From the NCBI RefSeq assembly GCF_009914755.1, contig NC_060936.1: a DNA stretch of 64,000 bases. One strand, given 5' to 3'. Positions 13,801 to 26,400 of this stretch are shown here, piece after piece. The notes under the pieces are model-generated. The model was not told the origin of the DNA and did not search any database. It worked only from the letters and a program-made list of their open reading frames with translations. How positions within the stretch are numbered: position 1 is the stretch's first letter; every line of letters begins with the position of its first letter. The position numbers and the translations under genes were made by a program. The DNA comes from the human T2T-CHM13v2.0 reference genome, Homo sapiens.

Positions 13801-14606
13801 ATGAGTTGAATACACACAGCACAAAGAAGTTACTGAGACTTCTCCTATCAAACATTATATGAAGAAATCCCGTTTCCAACGAAGGCCTCAAAGAGGTCCA
13901 AATATCTGCTTGCAGACTTTACAGACAGAGTGTTTCCAAACTGCTCCATCAAAAGAAAGGTTAAACTCCTTGAGTTGAACACACACATCACAAAGTAGTT
14001 TCTGTGAATGATTCTGTCTAGTTTTTATACGAAGATGTTTCCTTTTCTACCTTTGGTCTCAAAGCGATTGAAATCTCCACATGGAAACACCACAAAAAGA
14101 GTGTTTCAAATCTGCTCTTTCTGAAGGAAGGTTCAACTCTGTGAGTTGAATACACACACCACAAATAAGTTACTGAGAATTCTTCTGTGTAACATTATAT
14201 GACGAAATCCCGTTTCCAACGAAGGCCTCAAAGAGGTCCAAATATCCACTTGCAGACTTTACAAAGACAGTGTCTCCAAACTCCTCCATCAAAAGAAAGG
14301 TTATACTCTGTGAATTGAACGCACACATCACAAAGTAGTTTCTGAGAATGATTCTGTCTAGTTTTTATACGAAGATATTTCCTTTTCTACATTTGGCCTA
14401 AAAGCGCTTGAAATCTCCACGTGCAAATATCACAAAAAGAGGGTTTCACACCTGCTCTGTCTAAAGGACAGTTCACCTCTGTGAGTTGAATAGAGGCAAC
14501 ACAAAGAACTTACTCAGTATTCTTCTTTCTAGCGTTCTATGAAGAAATCCCGTTTCCAACGAAGGCCTCAAAGAGGTCCAAATATCTGCTTGCAGACTTT
14601 ACAGAC

Positions 14607-17600
14607 AGAGTGTTTCCAAACTACTCTATGAAAAGAAAGCTTAAACTCCTTGAGTTGAACGCACACATCACAAAGAGTTTCTGAGAATGATTCTGTCTAG
14701 TTTTTATACGAAGATGTTTCCTTTTCTACATTTGGTCTCAAAGCGATTGAAATCTCCAACTGGAAACTGCACAAATAGGGTGTTTCAAATTTGCTCTGTC
14801 TAAAGGAAGGTTCAACTCTGTGAGTTGAATACACACACCACAAATAAGTTACTGAGAATTCTTCTCCCGAACATTACTTGAAGAAATCCCGTTTCCAACG
14901 AAGGCCTCAAAGAGGTCCAAATATCCACTTGCAGACATTACAAACAGAGTGTTTCCAAACTGCTCCATCAAAAGAAAGGTTAAACTCTGTGAGCTGAACA
15001 CACACATCAAAAAGAAGTTTCTGTGAATGATTCTGTCTAGATTTTATAAGATGTTTCCTTTTCTACCGTAGGCCTCAAAGCGCTTGAAATCTCCAGCTGC
15101 AAATTCCACAAAAAGGGTGTTTAACATCTGCTCTTCTAAAGGAAAGTTCAACTCTATGCGTTGAATACACACAGCACAAAGAAGTTACTGAGACTTCTCC
15201 TATCAAACATTATATGAAGAAATCCCGTTTCCAACGAAGGCCTCAAAGAGGTCCAAATATCTGCTTGCAGACTTTACAGACAGAGTGTTTCCAAACTGCT
15301 CCATCAAAAGAAAGGTTAAACTCCTTGAGTTGAACACACACATCACAAAGTAGTTTCTGTGAATGATTCTGTCCAGTTTTTATACGAAGATGTTTCCTTT
15401 TCTACCTTTGGTCTCAAAGCGATTCAAATCTCCACATGGAAACTCCACAAAAAGAGTGTTTCAAATCTGCTCTTTCTGAAGGAAGGTTCAACTCTGTGAG
15501 TTGAATACACACACCACAAATAAGTTACTGAGAATTCTTCTGTGTAACATTATATGAGGAAATCCCGTTTCCAACGAAGGCCTCAAAGAGGTCCAAATAT
15601 CCACTTGCAGACTTTACAAAGACAGTGTCTCCAAACTCCTCCATCAAAAGAAAGGTTATACTCTGTGAATTGAACGCACACATCACAAAGTAGTTTCTGA
15701 GAATGATTCTGTCTAGTTTTTATACGAAGATATTTCCTTTTCTACATTTGGCCTAAAAGCGCTTGAAATCTCCACCTGCAAATATCACAAAAAGAGGGTT
15801 TCACATCTGCTCTGTCTAAAGGACAGTTCACCTCTGTGAGTTGAATAGAGGCAACACAAAGAACTTACTCAGTATTCTTCTTTCTAGCGTTCTATGAAGA
15901 AATCCCGTTTCCAACGAAGGCCCCAAAGAGGTCCAAATATCTGCTTGCACACTTTACAGACAGAGTGTTTCCAAACTACTCTATGAAAAGAAAGCTTAAA
16001 CTCCTTGAGTTGAACGCACACATCACAAAGTAGTTTCTGAGAATGATTCTGTCTAGTTTTTATACGAAGATGTTTCCTTTTCTACATTTGGTCTCAAAGC
16101 GATTGAAATCTCCAACTGGAAACTGCACAAATAGGGTGTTTCAAATCTGCTCTGTCTAAAGGAAGGTTCAACTCTGTGAGTTGAATACACACACCACACA
16201 TAAGTTACTGAGAATTCTTCTGTCGAACATTAGTTGAAGAAATCCCGTTTCCAACGAAGGCCTCAAAGAGGTCCAAATATCCACTTGCAGACATTACAAA
16301 CAGAGTGTTTCCAAACTGCTCCATCAAAAGAAAGGTTAAACTCTGTGAGCTGAACACACACATCAAAAAGAGTTTCCGTGAATGATTCTGTCTAGATTTT
16401 ATAAGAAGATGTTTCCTTTTCTACCGTAGGCCTCAAAGCGCTTGAAATCTCCAGCTGCAAATTCCACAAAAAGGGTGTTTAACATCTGCTCTTCTAAAGG
16501 AAAGTTCAACTCTATGAGTTGAATACACACAGCACAAAGAAGTTACTGAGACTTCTCCTATCAAACATTATATGAAGAAATCCCGTTTCCAACGAAGGCC
16601 TCAAAGAGGTCCAAATATCTGCTTGCAGACTTTACAGACAGAGTTTTTCCAAACTGCTCCATCAAAAGAAAGGTTAAACTCCTTGAGTTGAACACACACA
16701 TCACAAAGTAGTTTCTGTGAATGATTCTGTCTAGTTTTTATACGAAGATGTTTCCTTTTCTACCTTTGGTCTCAATGCGATTGAAATCTCCACATGGAAA
16801 CTCCACAAAAAGAGTGTTTCAAATCTGCTCTTTCTGAAGGAAGGTTCAACTCTGTGAGTTGAATACACACACCACAAATAAGTTACTGAGAATTCTTCTG
16901 TGTAACATTATATGAGGAAATCCCGTTTCCAACGAAGGCCTCAAAGAGGTCCAAATATCCACTTGCAGACTTTACAAAGACAGTGTCTCCAAACTCCGCC
17001 ATCAAAAGAAAGGTTATACTCTGTGAATTGAACGCACACATCACAAAGTAGTTTCTGAGAATGATTCTGTCTAGTTTTTATACGAAGATATTTCCTTTTC
17101 TACATTTGGCCTAAAAGCGCTTGAAATCTCCACCTGCAAATATCACAAAAAGAGGGTTTCACATCTGCTCTGTCTAAAGGACAGTTCACCTCTGTGAGTT
17201 GAATAGAGGCAACACAAAGAACTTACTCAGTATTCTTCTTTCTAGCGTTCTATGAAGAAATCCCGTTTCCAACGAAGGCCCCAAAGAGGTCCAAATATCT
17301 GCTTGCACACTTTACAGACAGAGTGTTTCCAAACTACTCTATGAAAAGAAAGCTTAAACTCCTTGAGTTGAACGCACACATCACAAAGAGTTTCTGAGAA
17401 TGATTCTGTCTAGTTTTTATACGAAGATGTTTCCTTTTCTACATTTGGTCTCAAAGCGATTGAAATCTCCAACTGGAAACTGCACAAATAGGGTGTTTCA
17501 AATTTGCTCTGTCTAAAGGAAGGTTCAACTCTGTGAGTTGAATACACACACCACAAATAAGTTACTGAGAATTCTTCTCCCGAACATTACTTGAAGAAAT

Positions 17601-20600
17601 CCCGTTTCCAACGAGGGCCTCAAAGAGGTCCAAATATCCACTTGCAGACATTACAAACAGAGTGTTTCCAAACTGCTCCATCAAAAGAAAGGTTAAACTC
17701 TGTGAGCTGAACACACACATCAAAAAGAAGTTTCTGTGAATGATTCTGTCTAGATTTTATAAGATGTTTCCTTTTCTACCGTAGGCCTCAAAGCGCTTGA
17801 AATCTCCAGCTGCAAATTCCACAAAAAGGGTGTTTAACATCTGCTCTTCTAAAGGAAAGTTCAACTCTATGCGTTGAATACACACAGCACAAAGAAGTTA
17901 CTGAGACTTCTCCTATCAAACATTATATGAAGAAATCCCGTTTCCAACGAAGGCCTCAAAGAGGTCCAAATATCTGCTTGCAGACTTTACAGACAGAGTG
18001 TTTCCAAACTGCTCCATCAAAAGAAAGGTTAAACTCCTTGAGTTGAACACACACATCACAAAGTAGTTTCTGTGAATGATTCTGTCCAGTTTTTATACGA
18101 AGATGTTTCCTTTTCTACCTTTGGTCTCAAAGCGATTCAAATCTCCACATGGAAACTCCACAAAAAGAGTGTTTCAAATCTGCTCTTTCTGAAGGAAGGT
18201 TCAACTCTGTGAGTTGAATACACACACCACAAATAAGTTACTGAGAATTCTTCTGTGTAACATTATATGAGGAAATCCCGTTTCCAACGAAGGCCTCAAA
18301 GAGGTCCAAATATCCACTTGCAGACTTTACAAAGACAGTGTCTCCAAACTCCTCCATCAAAAGAAAGGTTATACTCTGTGAATTGAACGCACACATCACA
18401 AAGTAGTTTCTGAGAATGATTCTGTCTAGTTTTTATACGAAGATATTTCCTTTTCTACATTTGGCCTAAAAGCGCTTGAAATCTCCACCTGCAAATATCA
18501 CAAAAAGAGGGTTTCACATCTGCTCTGTCTAAAGGACAGTTCACCTCTGTGAGTTGAATAGAGGCAACACAAAGAACTTACTCAGTATTCTTCTTTCTAG
18601 CGTTCTATGAAGAAATCCCGTTTCCAACGAAGGCCCCAAAGAGGTCCAAATATCTGCTTGCACACTTTACAGACAGAGTGTTTCCAAACTACTCTATGAA
18701 AAGAAAGCTTAAACTCCTTGAGTTGAACGCACACATCACAAAGTAGTTTCTGAGAATGATTCTGTCTAGTTTTTATACGAAGATGTTTCCTTTTCTACAT
18801 TTGGTCTCAAAGCGATTGAAATCTCCAACTGGAAACTGCACAAATAGGGTGTTTCAAATCTGCTCTGTCTAAAGGAAGGTTCAACTCTGTGAGTTGAATA
18901 CACACACCACACATAAGTTACTGAGAATTCTTCTGTCGAACATTAGTTGAAGAAATCCCGTTTCCAACGAAGGCCTCAAAGAGGTCCAAATATCCACTTG
19001 CAGACATTACAAACAGAGTGTTTCCAAACTGCTCCATCAAAAGAAAGGTTAAACTCTGTGAGCTGAACACACACATCAAAAAGAGTTTCCGTGAATGATT
19101 CTGTCTAGATTTTATAAGAAGATGTTTCCTTTTCTACCGTAGGCCTCAAAGCGCTTGAAATCTCCAGCTGCAAATTCCACAAAAAGGGTGTTTAACATCT
19201 GCTCTTCTAAAGGAAAGTTCAACTCTATGAGTTGAATACACACAGCACAAAGAAGTTACTGAGACTTCTCCTATCAAACATTATATGAAGAAATCCCGTT
19301 TCCAACGAAGGCCTCAAAGAGGTCCAAATATCTGCTTGCAGACTTTACAGACAGAGTTTTTCCAAACTGCTCCATCAAAAGAAAGGTTAAACTCCTTGAG
19401 TTGAACACACACATCACAAAGTAGTTTCTGTGAATGATTCTGTCTAGTTTTTATACGAAGATGTTTCCTTTTCTACCTTTGGTCTCAATGCGATTGAAAT
19501 CTCCACATGGAAACTCCACAAAAAGAGTGTTTCAAATCTGCTCTTTCTGAAGGAAGGTTCAACTCTGTGAGTTGAATACACACACCACAAATAAGTTACT
19601 GAGAATTCTTCTGTGTAACATTATATGAGGAAATCCCGTTTCCAACGAAGGCCTCAAAGAGGTCCAAATATCCACTTGCAGACTTTACAAAGACAGTGTC
19701 TCCAAACTCCGCCATCAAAAGAAAGGTTATACTCTGTGAATTGAACGCACACATCACAAAGTAGTTTCTGAGAATGATTCTGTCTAGTTTTTATACGAAG
19801 ATATTTCCTTTTCTACATTTGGCCTAAAAGCGCTTGAAATCTCCACCTGCAAATATCACAAAAAGAGGGTTTCACATCTGCTCTGTCTAAAGGACAGTTC
19901 ACCTCTGTGAGTTGAATAGAGGCAACACAAAGAACTTACTCAGTATTCTTCTTTCTAGCGTTCTATGAAGAAATCCCGTTTCCAACGAAGGCCCCAAAGA
20001 GGTCCAAATATCTGCTTGCACACTTTACAGACAGAGTGTTTCCAAACTACTCTATGAAAAGAAAGCTTAAACTCCTTGAGTTGAACGCACACATCACAAA
20101 GAGTTTCTGAGAATGATTCTGTCTAGTTTTTATACGAAGATGTTTCCTTTTCTACATTTGGTCTCAAAGCGATTGAAATCTCCAACTGGAAACTGCACAA
20201 ATAGGGTGTTTCAAATTTGCTCTGTCTAAAGGAAGGTTCAACTCTGTGAGTTGAATACACACACCACAAATAAGTTACTGAGAATTCTTCTCCCGAACAT
20301 TACTTGAAGAAATCCCGTTTCCAACGAGGGCCTCAAAGAGGTCCAAATATCCACTTGCAGACATTACAAACAGAGTGTTTCCAAACTGCTCCATCAAAAG
20401 AAAGGTTAAACTCTGTGAGCTGAACACACACATCAAAAAGAAGTTTCTGTGAATGATTCTGTCTAGATTTTATAAGATGTTTCCTTTTCTACCGTAGGCC
20501 TCAAAGCGCTTGAAATCTCCAGCTGCAAATTCCACAAAAAGGGTGTTTAACATCTGCTCTTCTAAAGGAAAGTTCAACTCTATGCGTTGAATACACACAG

Positions 20601-21387
20601 CACAAAGAAGTTACTGAGACTTCTCCTATCAAACATTATATGAAGAAATCCCGTTTCCAACGAAGGCCTCAAAGAGGTCCAAATATCTGCTTGCAGACTT
20701 TACAGACAGAGTGTTTCCAAACTGCTCCATCAAAAGAAAGGTTAAACTCCTTGAGTTGAACACACACATCACAAAGTAGTTTCTGTGAATGATTCTGTCC
20801 AGTTTTTATACGAAGATGTTTCCTTTTCTACCTTTGGTCTCAAAGCGATTGAAATCTCCACATGGAAACTCCACAAAAAGAGTGTTTCAAATCTGCTCTT
20901 TCTGAAGGAAGGTTCAACTCTGTGAGTTGAATACACACACCACAAATAAGTTACTGAGAATTCTTCTGTGTAACATTATATGAGGAAATCCCGTTTCCAA
21001 CGAAGGCCTCAAAGAGGTCCAAATATCCACTTGCAGACTTTACAAAGACAGTGTCTCCAAACTCCTCCATCAAAAGAAAGGTTATACTCTGTGAATTGAA
21101 CGCACACATCACAAAGTAGTTTCTGAGAATGATTCTGTCTAGTTTTTATACGAAGATATTTCCTTTTCTACATTTGGCCTAAAAGCGCTTGAAATCTCCA
21201 CCTGCAAATATCACAAAAAGAGGGTTTCACATCTGCTCTGTCTAAAGGACAGTTCACCTCTGTGAGTTGAATAGAGGCAACACAAAGAACTTACTCAGTA
21301 TTCTTCTTTCTAGCGTTCTATGAAGAAATCCCGTTTCCAACGAAGGCCTCAAAGAGGTCCAAATATCTGCTTGCAGACTTTACAGAC
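14607..21387 (-). repeat. Alternating 8-mer haplotypes X-Y-X-Y-X (2713-bp, 16-monomer period)
   Basis: Unit starts 14607, 15962, 17320, 18675, 20033, 21388 give lengths 1355/1358/1355/1358/1355, with alternating private variants. Confidence 0.92.
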
Positions 21388-22406
21388 AGAGTGTTTCCAA
21401 ACTACTCTATGAAAAGAAAGCTTAAACTCCTTGAGTTGAACGCACACATCACAAAGTAGTTTCTGAGAATGATTCTGTCTAGTTTTTATAGGAAGATTTT
21501 TCCTTTTCTACATTTGGTCTCAAAGCGATTGAAATCTCCAACTGGAAACTGCACAAATAGGGTGTTTCAAATCTGCTCTGTCTAAAGGAAGGTTCAACTC
21601 TGTGAGTTGAATACACACACCACAAATAAGTTACTGAGAATTCTTCTGTCGAACATTACTTGAAGAAATCCCGTTTCCAAAGAAGGCCTCAAAGAGGTCC
21701 AAATATCCACTTGCAGACATTACAAACAGAGTGTTTCCAAACTGCTCCATCAAAAGAAAGGTTAAACTCTGTGAGCTGAACACACACATCAAAAAGAAGT
21801 TTCTGTGAATGATTCTGTCTAGATTTTATAAGAAGATGTTTCCTTTTCTACCGTAGGCCTCAAAGCGCTTGAAATCTCCAGCTGCAAATTCCACAAAAAG
21901 GGTGTTTAACATCTGCTCTTCTAAAGGAAAGTTCAACTCAATGAGTTGAATACACACAGCCCAAAGAAGTTACTGAGACTTCTCCTATCAAACATTATAT
22001 GAAGAAATCCCGTTTCCAACGAAGGCCTCAAAGAGGTCCAAATATCTGCTTGCAGACTTTACAAAGACAGTGTCTCCAAACTCCTCCATCAAAAGAAAGG
22101 TTATACTCTGTGAATTGAACGCACACATCACAAAGTAGTTTCTGAGAATGATTCTGTCTAGTTTTTATATGAAGATATTTCCTTTTCTACATTTGGCCTA
22201 AAAGCGCTTGAAATCTCCACCTGCAAATATCACAAAAAGAGGGTTTCACATCTGCTCTTTCTAAAGGACAGTTCACCTCTGTGAGTTGAATAGAGGCAAC
22301 ACAAAGAACTTACTCAGTATTCTTCTTTCTAGCGTTCTATGAAGAAATCCCGTTTCCAACGAAGGCCCCAAAGAGGTCCAAATATCTGCTTGCACACTTT
22401 ACAGAC
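21388..22406 (-). repeat. 6-mer HOR variant ABD
   Basis: B-to-D junction at ~22064; 1019 bp. Confidence 0.95.
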
Positions 22407-23424
22407 AGTGTTTCCAAACTACTTTATGAAAAGAAAGCTTAAACTCCTTGAGTTGAACGCTCACATCACAAAGTAGTTTCTGAGAATGATTCTGTCTAGT
22501 TTTAATACGAAGATGTTTCCTTTTCTACATTTGGTCTCAAAGCGATTGAAATCTCCAACTGGAAACTGCACAAATAGGGTGTTTCAAATCTGCTCTGTCT
22601 AAAGGAAGGTTCAACTCTGTGAGTTGAATACACACACCACAAATAAGTTACTGAGAATTCTTCTGTCGAACATTACTTGAAGAAATCCCGTTTCCAACGA
22701 AGGCCTCAAAGAGGTCCAAATATCTGTTTGCAGACTTTACAGACAGAGTGTTTCCAAACTGCTCCATCAAAAGAAAGGTTAAACTCCTTGAGTTGAACAC
22801 ACACATCACAAAGTAGTTTCTGTGAATGATTCTGTCTAGTTTTTATACGAAGATGTTTCCTTTTCTACCTTTGGTCTCAAAGCGATTGAAATCTCCACAT
22901 GGAAACTCCACAAAAAGAGTGTTTCAAATCTGCTCTTTCTGAAGGAAGGTTCACCTCTGTGAGTTGAATAAACACACCACAAATAAGTTACTGAGAATTC
23001 TTCTGTGTAACATTATATGAGGAAATCCCGTTTCCAACGAAGGCCTCAAAGAGGTCCAAATATCCACTTGCAGACTTTAGAAACACAGTGTCTCCAAACT
23101 CCTCCATCAAAAGAAAGGTTATACTCTGTGAAATGAACGCACACATCAGAAAGTAGTTTCTGAGAATGATTCTGTCTAGTTTTTATACGAAGATATTTCC
23201 TTTTCTACATTTGGCCTAAAAGCGCTTGAAATCTCCACCTGCAAATATCACAAAAAGAGGGTTTCACATCTGCTCTGTCTAAAGGACAGTTCACCTCTGC
23301 GAGTTGAATAGAGGCAACACAAAGAACTTACTCAGTATTCTTCTTTCTAGCGTTCCATGAAGAAATCCCGTTTCCAACGAAGGCCCCAAAGAGGTCCAAA
23401 TATCTGCTTGCAGACTTTACAGAC
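22407..23424 (-). repeat. 6-mer HOR variant ACD (dimer B missing), 1018 bp
   Basis: A is followed directly by C, and the unit has no PvuII/B tags. Confidence 0.95.
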
Positions 23425-26400
23425 AGAGTGTTTCCAAACTACTCTATGAAAAGAAAGCTTAAACTCCTTGAGTTGAACGCACACATCACAAAGTAGTTTC
23501 TGAGAATAATTCTGTCTAGTTTTTATACGAAGATGTTTCCTTTTCTACATTTGGTCTCAAAGCGATTGAAATCTCCAACTGGAAACTGCACAAATAGGGT
23601 GTTTCAAATCTGCTCTGTCTAAAGGAAGGTTCAACTCTGTGAGTTGAATACACACACCACAAATAAGTTACTGAGAATTCTTCTGTCGAACATTACAGGA
23701 AGAAATCCCGTTTCCAACGAAGGCCTCAAAGAGGTCCAAATATCCACTTGCAGACATTACAAACAGTGTGTTTCCAAACTGCTCCATCAAAAGAAAGGTT
23801 AAACTCTGTGAGCTGAACACACACATCAAAAAGAAGTTTCTGTGAATGATTCTGTCTAGATTTTATAAGAAGATGTTTCCTTTTCTACCGTAGGCCTCAA
23901 AGCGCTTGAAATCTCCAGCTGCAAATTCCACAAAAAGGGTGTTTAACATCTGCTCTTCTAAAGGAAAGTTCAACTCTATGAGTTGAATACACACAGCACA
24001 AAGAAGTTACTGAGACTTCTCCTATCAAACATTATATGAAGAAATCCCGTTTCCAACGAAGGCCTCAAAGAGGTCCAAATATCTGCTTGCAGACTTTACA
24101 GACAGAGTGTTTCCAAACTGCTCCATCAAAAGAAAGGTTAAACTCCTTGAGTTGAACACACACATCACAAAGTAGTTTCTGTGAATGATTCTGTCTAGTT
24201 TTTATACGAAGATATTTCCTTTTCTACCTTTGGTCTCAAAGCGATTGAAATCTCCACATGGAAACTCCACAAAAAGAGTGTTTCAAATCTGCTCTTTCTG
24301 AAGGAAGGTTCAACTCTGTGAGTTGAATACACACACCACAATTAAGTTACTGAGAATTCTTCTGTGTAACATTATATGAGGAAATCCCGTTTCCAACGAA
24401 GGCCTCAAAGAGGTCCAAATATCCACTTGCAGACTTTACAAAGACAGTGTCTCGAAACTCCTCCATCAAAAGAAAGGTTATACTCAGTGAATTGAACGCA
24501 CACATCAGAAAGTAGTTTCTGAGAATGACTGTCTAGTTTTTATACAAAGATATTTCCTTTTCTACATTTGGCCTAAAAGCGCTTGAAATCTCCACCTGCA
24601 AATATCACAAAAAGAGGGTTTCACATCTGCTCTGTCTAAAGGACAGTTCACCTCTGTGAGTTGAATAGAGGCAACACAAAGAACTTACTCAGTATTCTTC
24701 TTTCTAGCGTTCTATGAAGAAATCCCGTTTCCAACGAAGGCCCCAAAGAGGTCCAAATATCTGCTTGCACACTTTACAGACAGAGTGTTTCCAAACTACT
24801 CTATGAAAAGAAAGCTTAAACTCCTTGAGTTGAACGCACACATCACAAAGTAGTTTCTGAGAATGATTCTGTCTAGTTTTTATACGAAGATGTTTCCTTT
24901 TCTACATTTGGTCTCAAAGCGATTGAAATCTCCAACTGGAAACTGCACAAATAGGGTGTTTCAAATCTGCTCTGTCTAAAGGAAGGTTCAACTCTGTGAG
25001 TTGAATACACACACCACAAATAAGTTACTGAGAATTCTTCTGTCTAACATTACTTGAAGAAATCCCGTTTCCAACGAAGGCCTCAAAGAGGTCCAAATAA
25101 CCACTTGCAGACATTACAAACAGAGTGTTTCCAAACTGCTCCATCAAAAGAAAGGTTAAACTCTGTGAGCTGAACACACACATCAAAAAGAAGTTTCTGT
25201 GAATGATTCTGTCTAGATTTTATAAGAAGATGTTTCCTTTTCTACCGTAGGCCTCAAAGCGCTTGAAATCTCCAGCTGCAAATTCCACAAAAAGGGTGTT
25301 TAACATCTGCTCTTCTAAAGGAAAGTTCAACTCTATGAGTTGAATACACACAGCACAAAGAAGTTACTGAGACTTCTCCTATCAAACATTATATGAAGAA
25401 ATCCCGTTTCCAACGAAGGCCTCAAAGAGGTCCAAATATCTGCTTGCAGACTTTACAGACAGAGTGTTTTCAAACTGCTCCATCAAAAGAAAGGTTAAAC
25501 TCCTTGAGTTGAACACACACATCACAAAGTAGTTTCTGTGAATGATTCTGTCTAGTTTTTATACGAAGATGTTTCCTTTTCTACCTTTGGTCTCAAAGCG
25601 ATTGAAATCTCCACATGGAAACTCCACAAAAAGAGTGTTTCAAACCTGCTATTTCTGAAGGAAGGTTCAACTCTGTGAGTTGAATACACACACCACAAAT
25701 AAGTTACTGAGAATTCTTCTGTGTAACATTATATGAGGAAATCCCGTTTCCAACGAGGGCCTCAAAGAGGTCCAAATATCCACTTGCAGACTTTACAAAG
25801 ACAGTGTCTTGAAACTCCTCCATCAAAAGAAAGGTTATACTCTGTGAATTGAACGCACACATCACAAAGTAGTTTCTGAGAATGACTCTGTCTAGTTTTT
25901 ATACGAAGATATTTCCTTTTCTACGTTTGGCCTAAAAGCGCTTGAAATCTCCACGTGCAAATATCACAAAAAGAGGGTTTCACACCTGCTCTGTCTAAAG
26001 GACAGTTCACCTCTGTGAGTTGAATAGAGGCAACACAAAGAACTTACTCAGTATTCTTCTTTCTAGCGTTCTATGAAGAAATCCCGTTTCCAACGAAGGC
26101 CTCAAAGAGGTCCAAATATCTGCTTGCAGACTTTACAGACAGAGTGTTTCCAAACTACTCTATGAAAAGAAAGCTTAAACTCCTTGAGTTGAACGCACAC
26201 ATCACAAAGTAGTTTCTGAGAATGATTCTGTCTAGTTTTTATACGAAGATATTTCCTTTTCTTCATTTGTCTCAAAGCGATTGAAATCTCCAACTGGACA
26301 CTGCACAAATAGGGTGTTTCAAATCTGCTCTGTCTAAAGAGAGGTTCAACTCTGTGAGTTCAATACACACACCACAAATAAGTTACTGAGAATTCTTCTG

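Noticed and set aside
26102-26308. 68-aa minus-strand ORF
   Set aside because: Satellite-derived; the frame is opened by local variants and is absent from other HOR copies.
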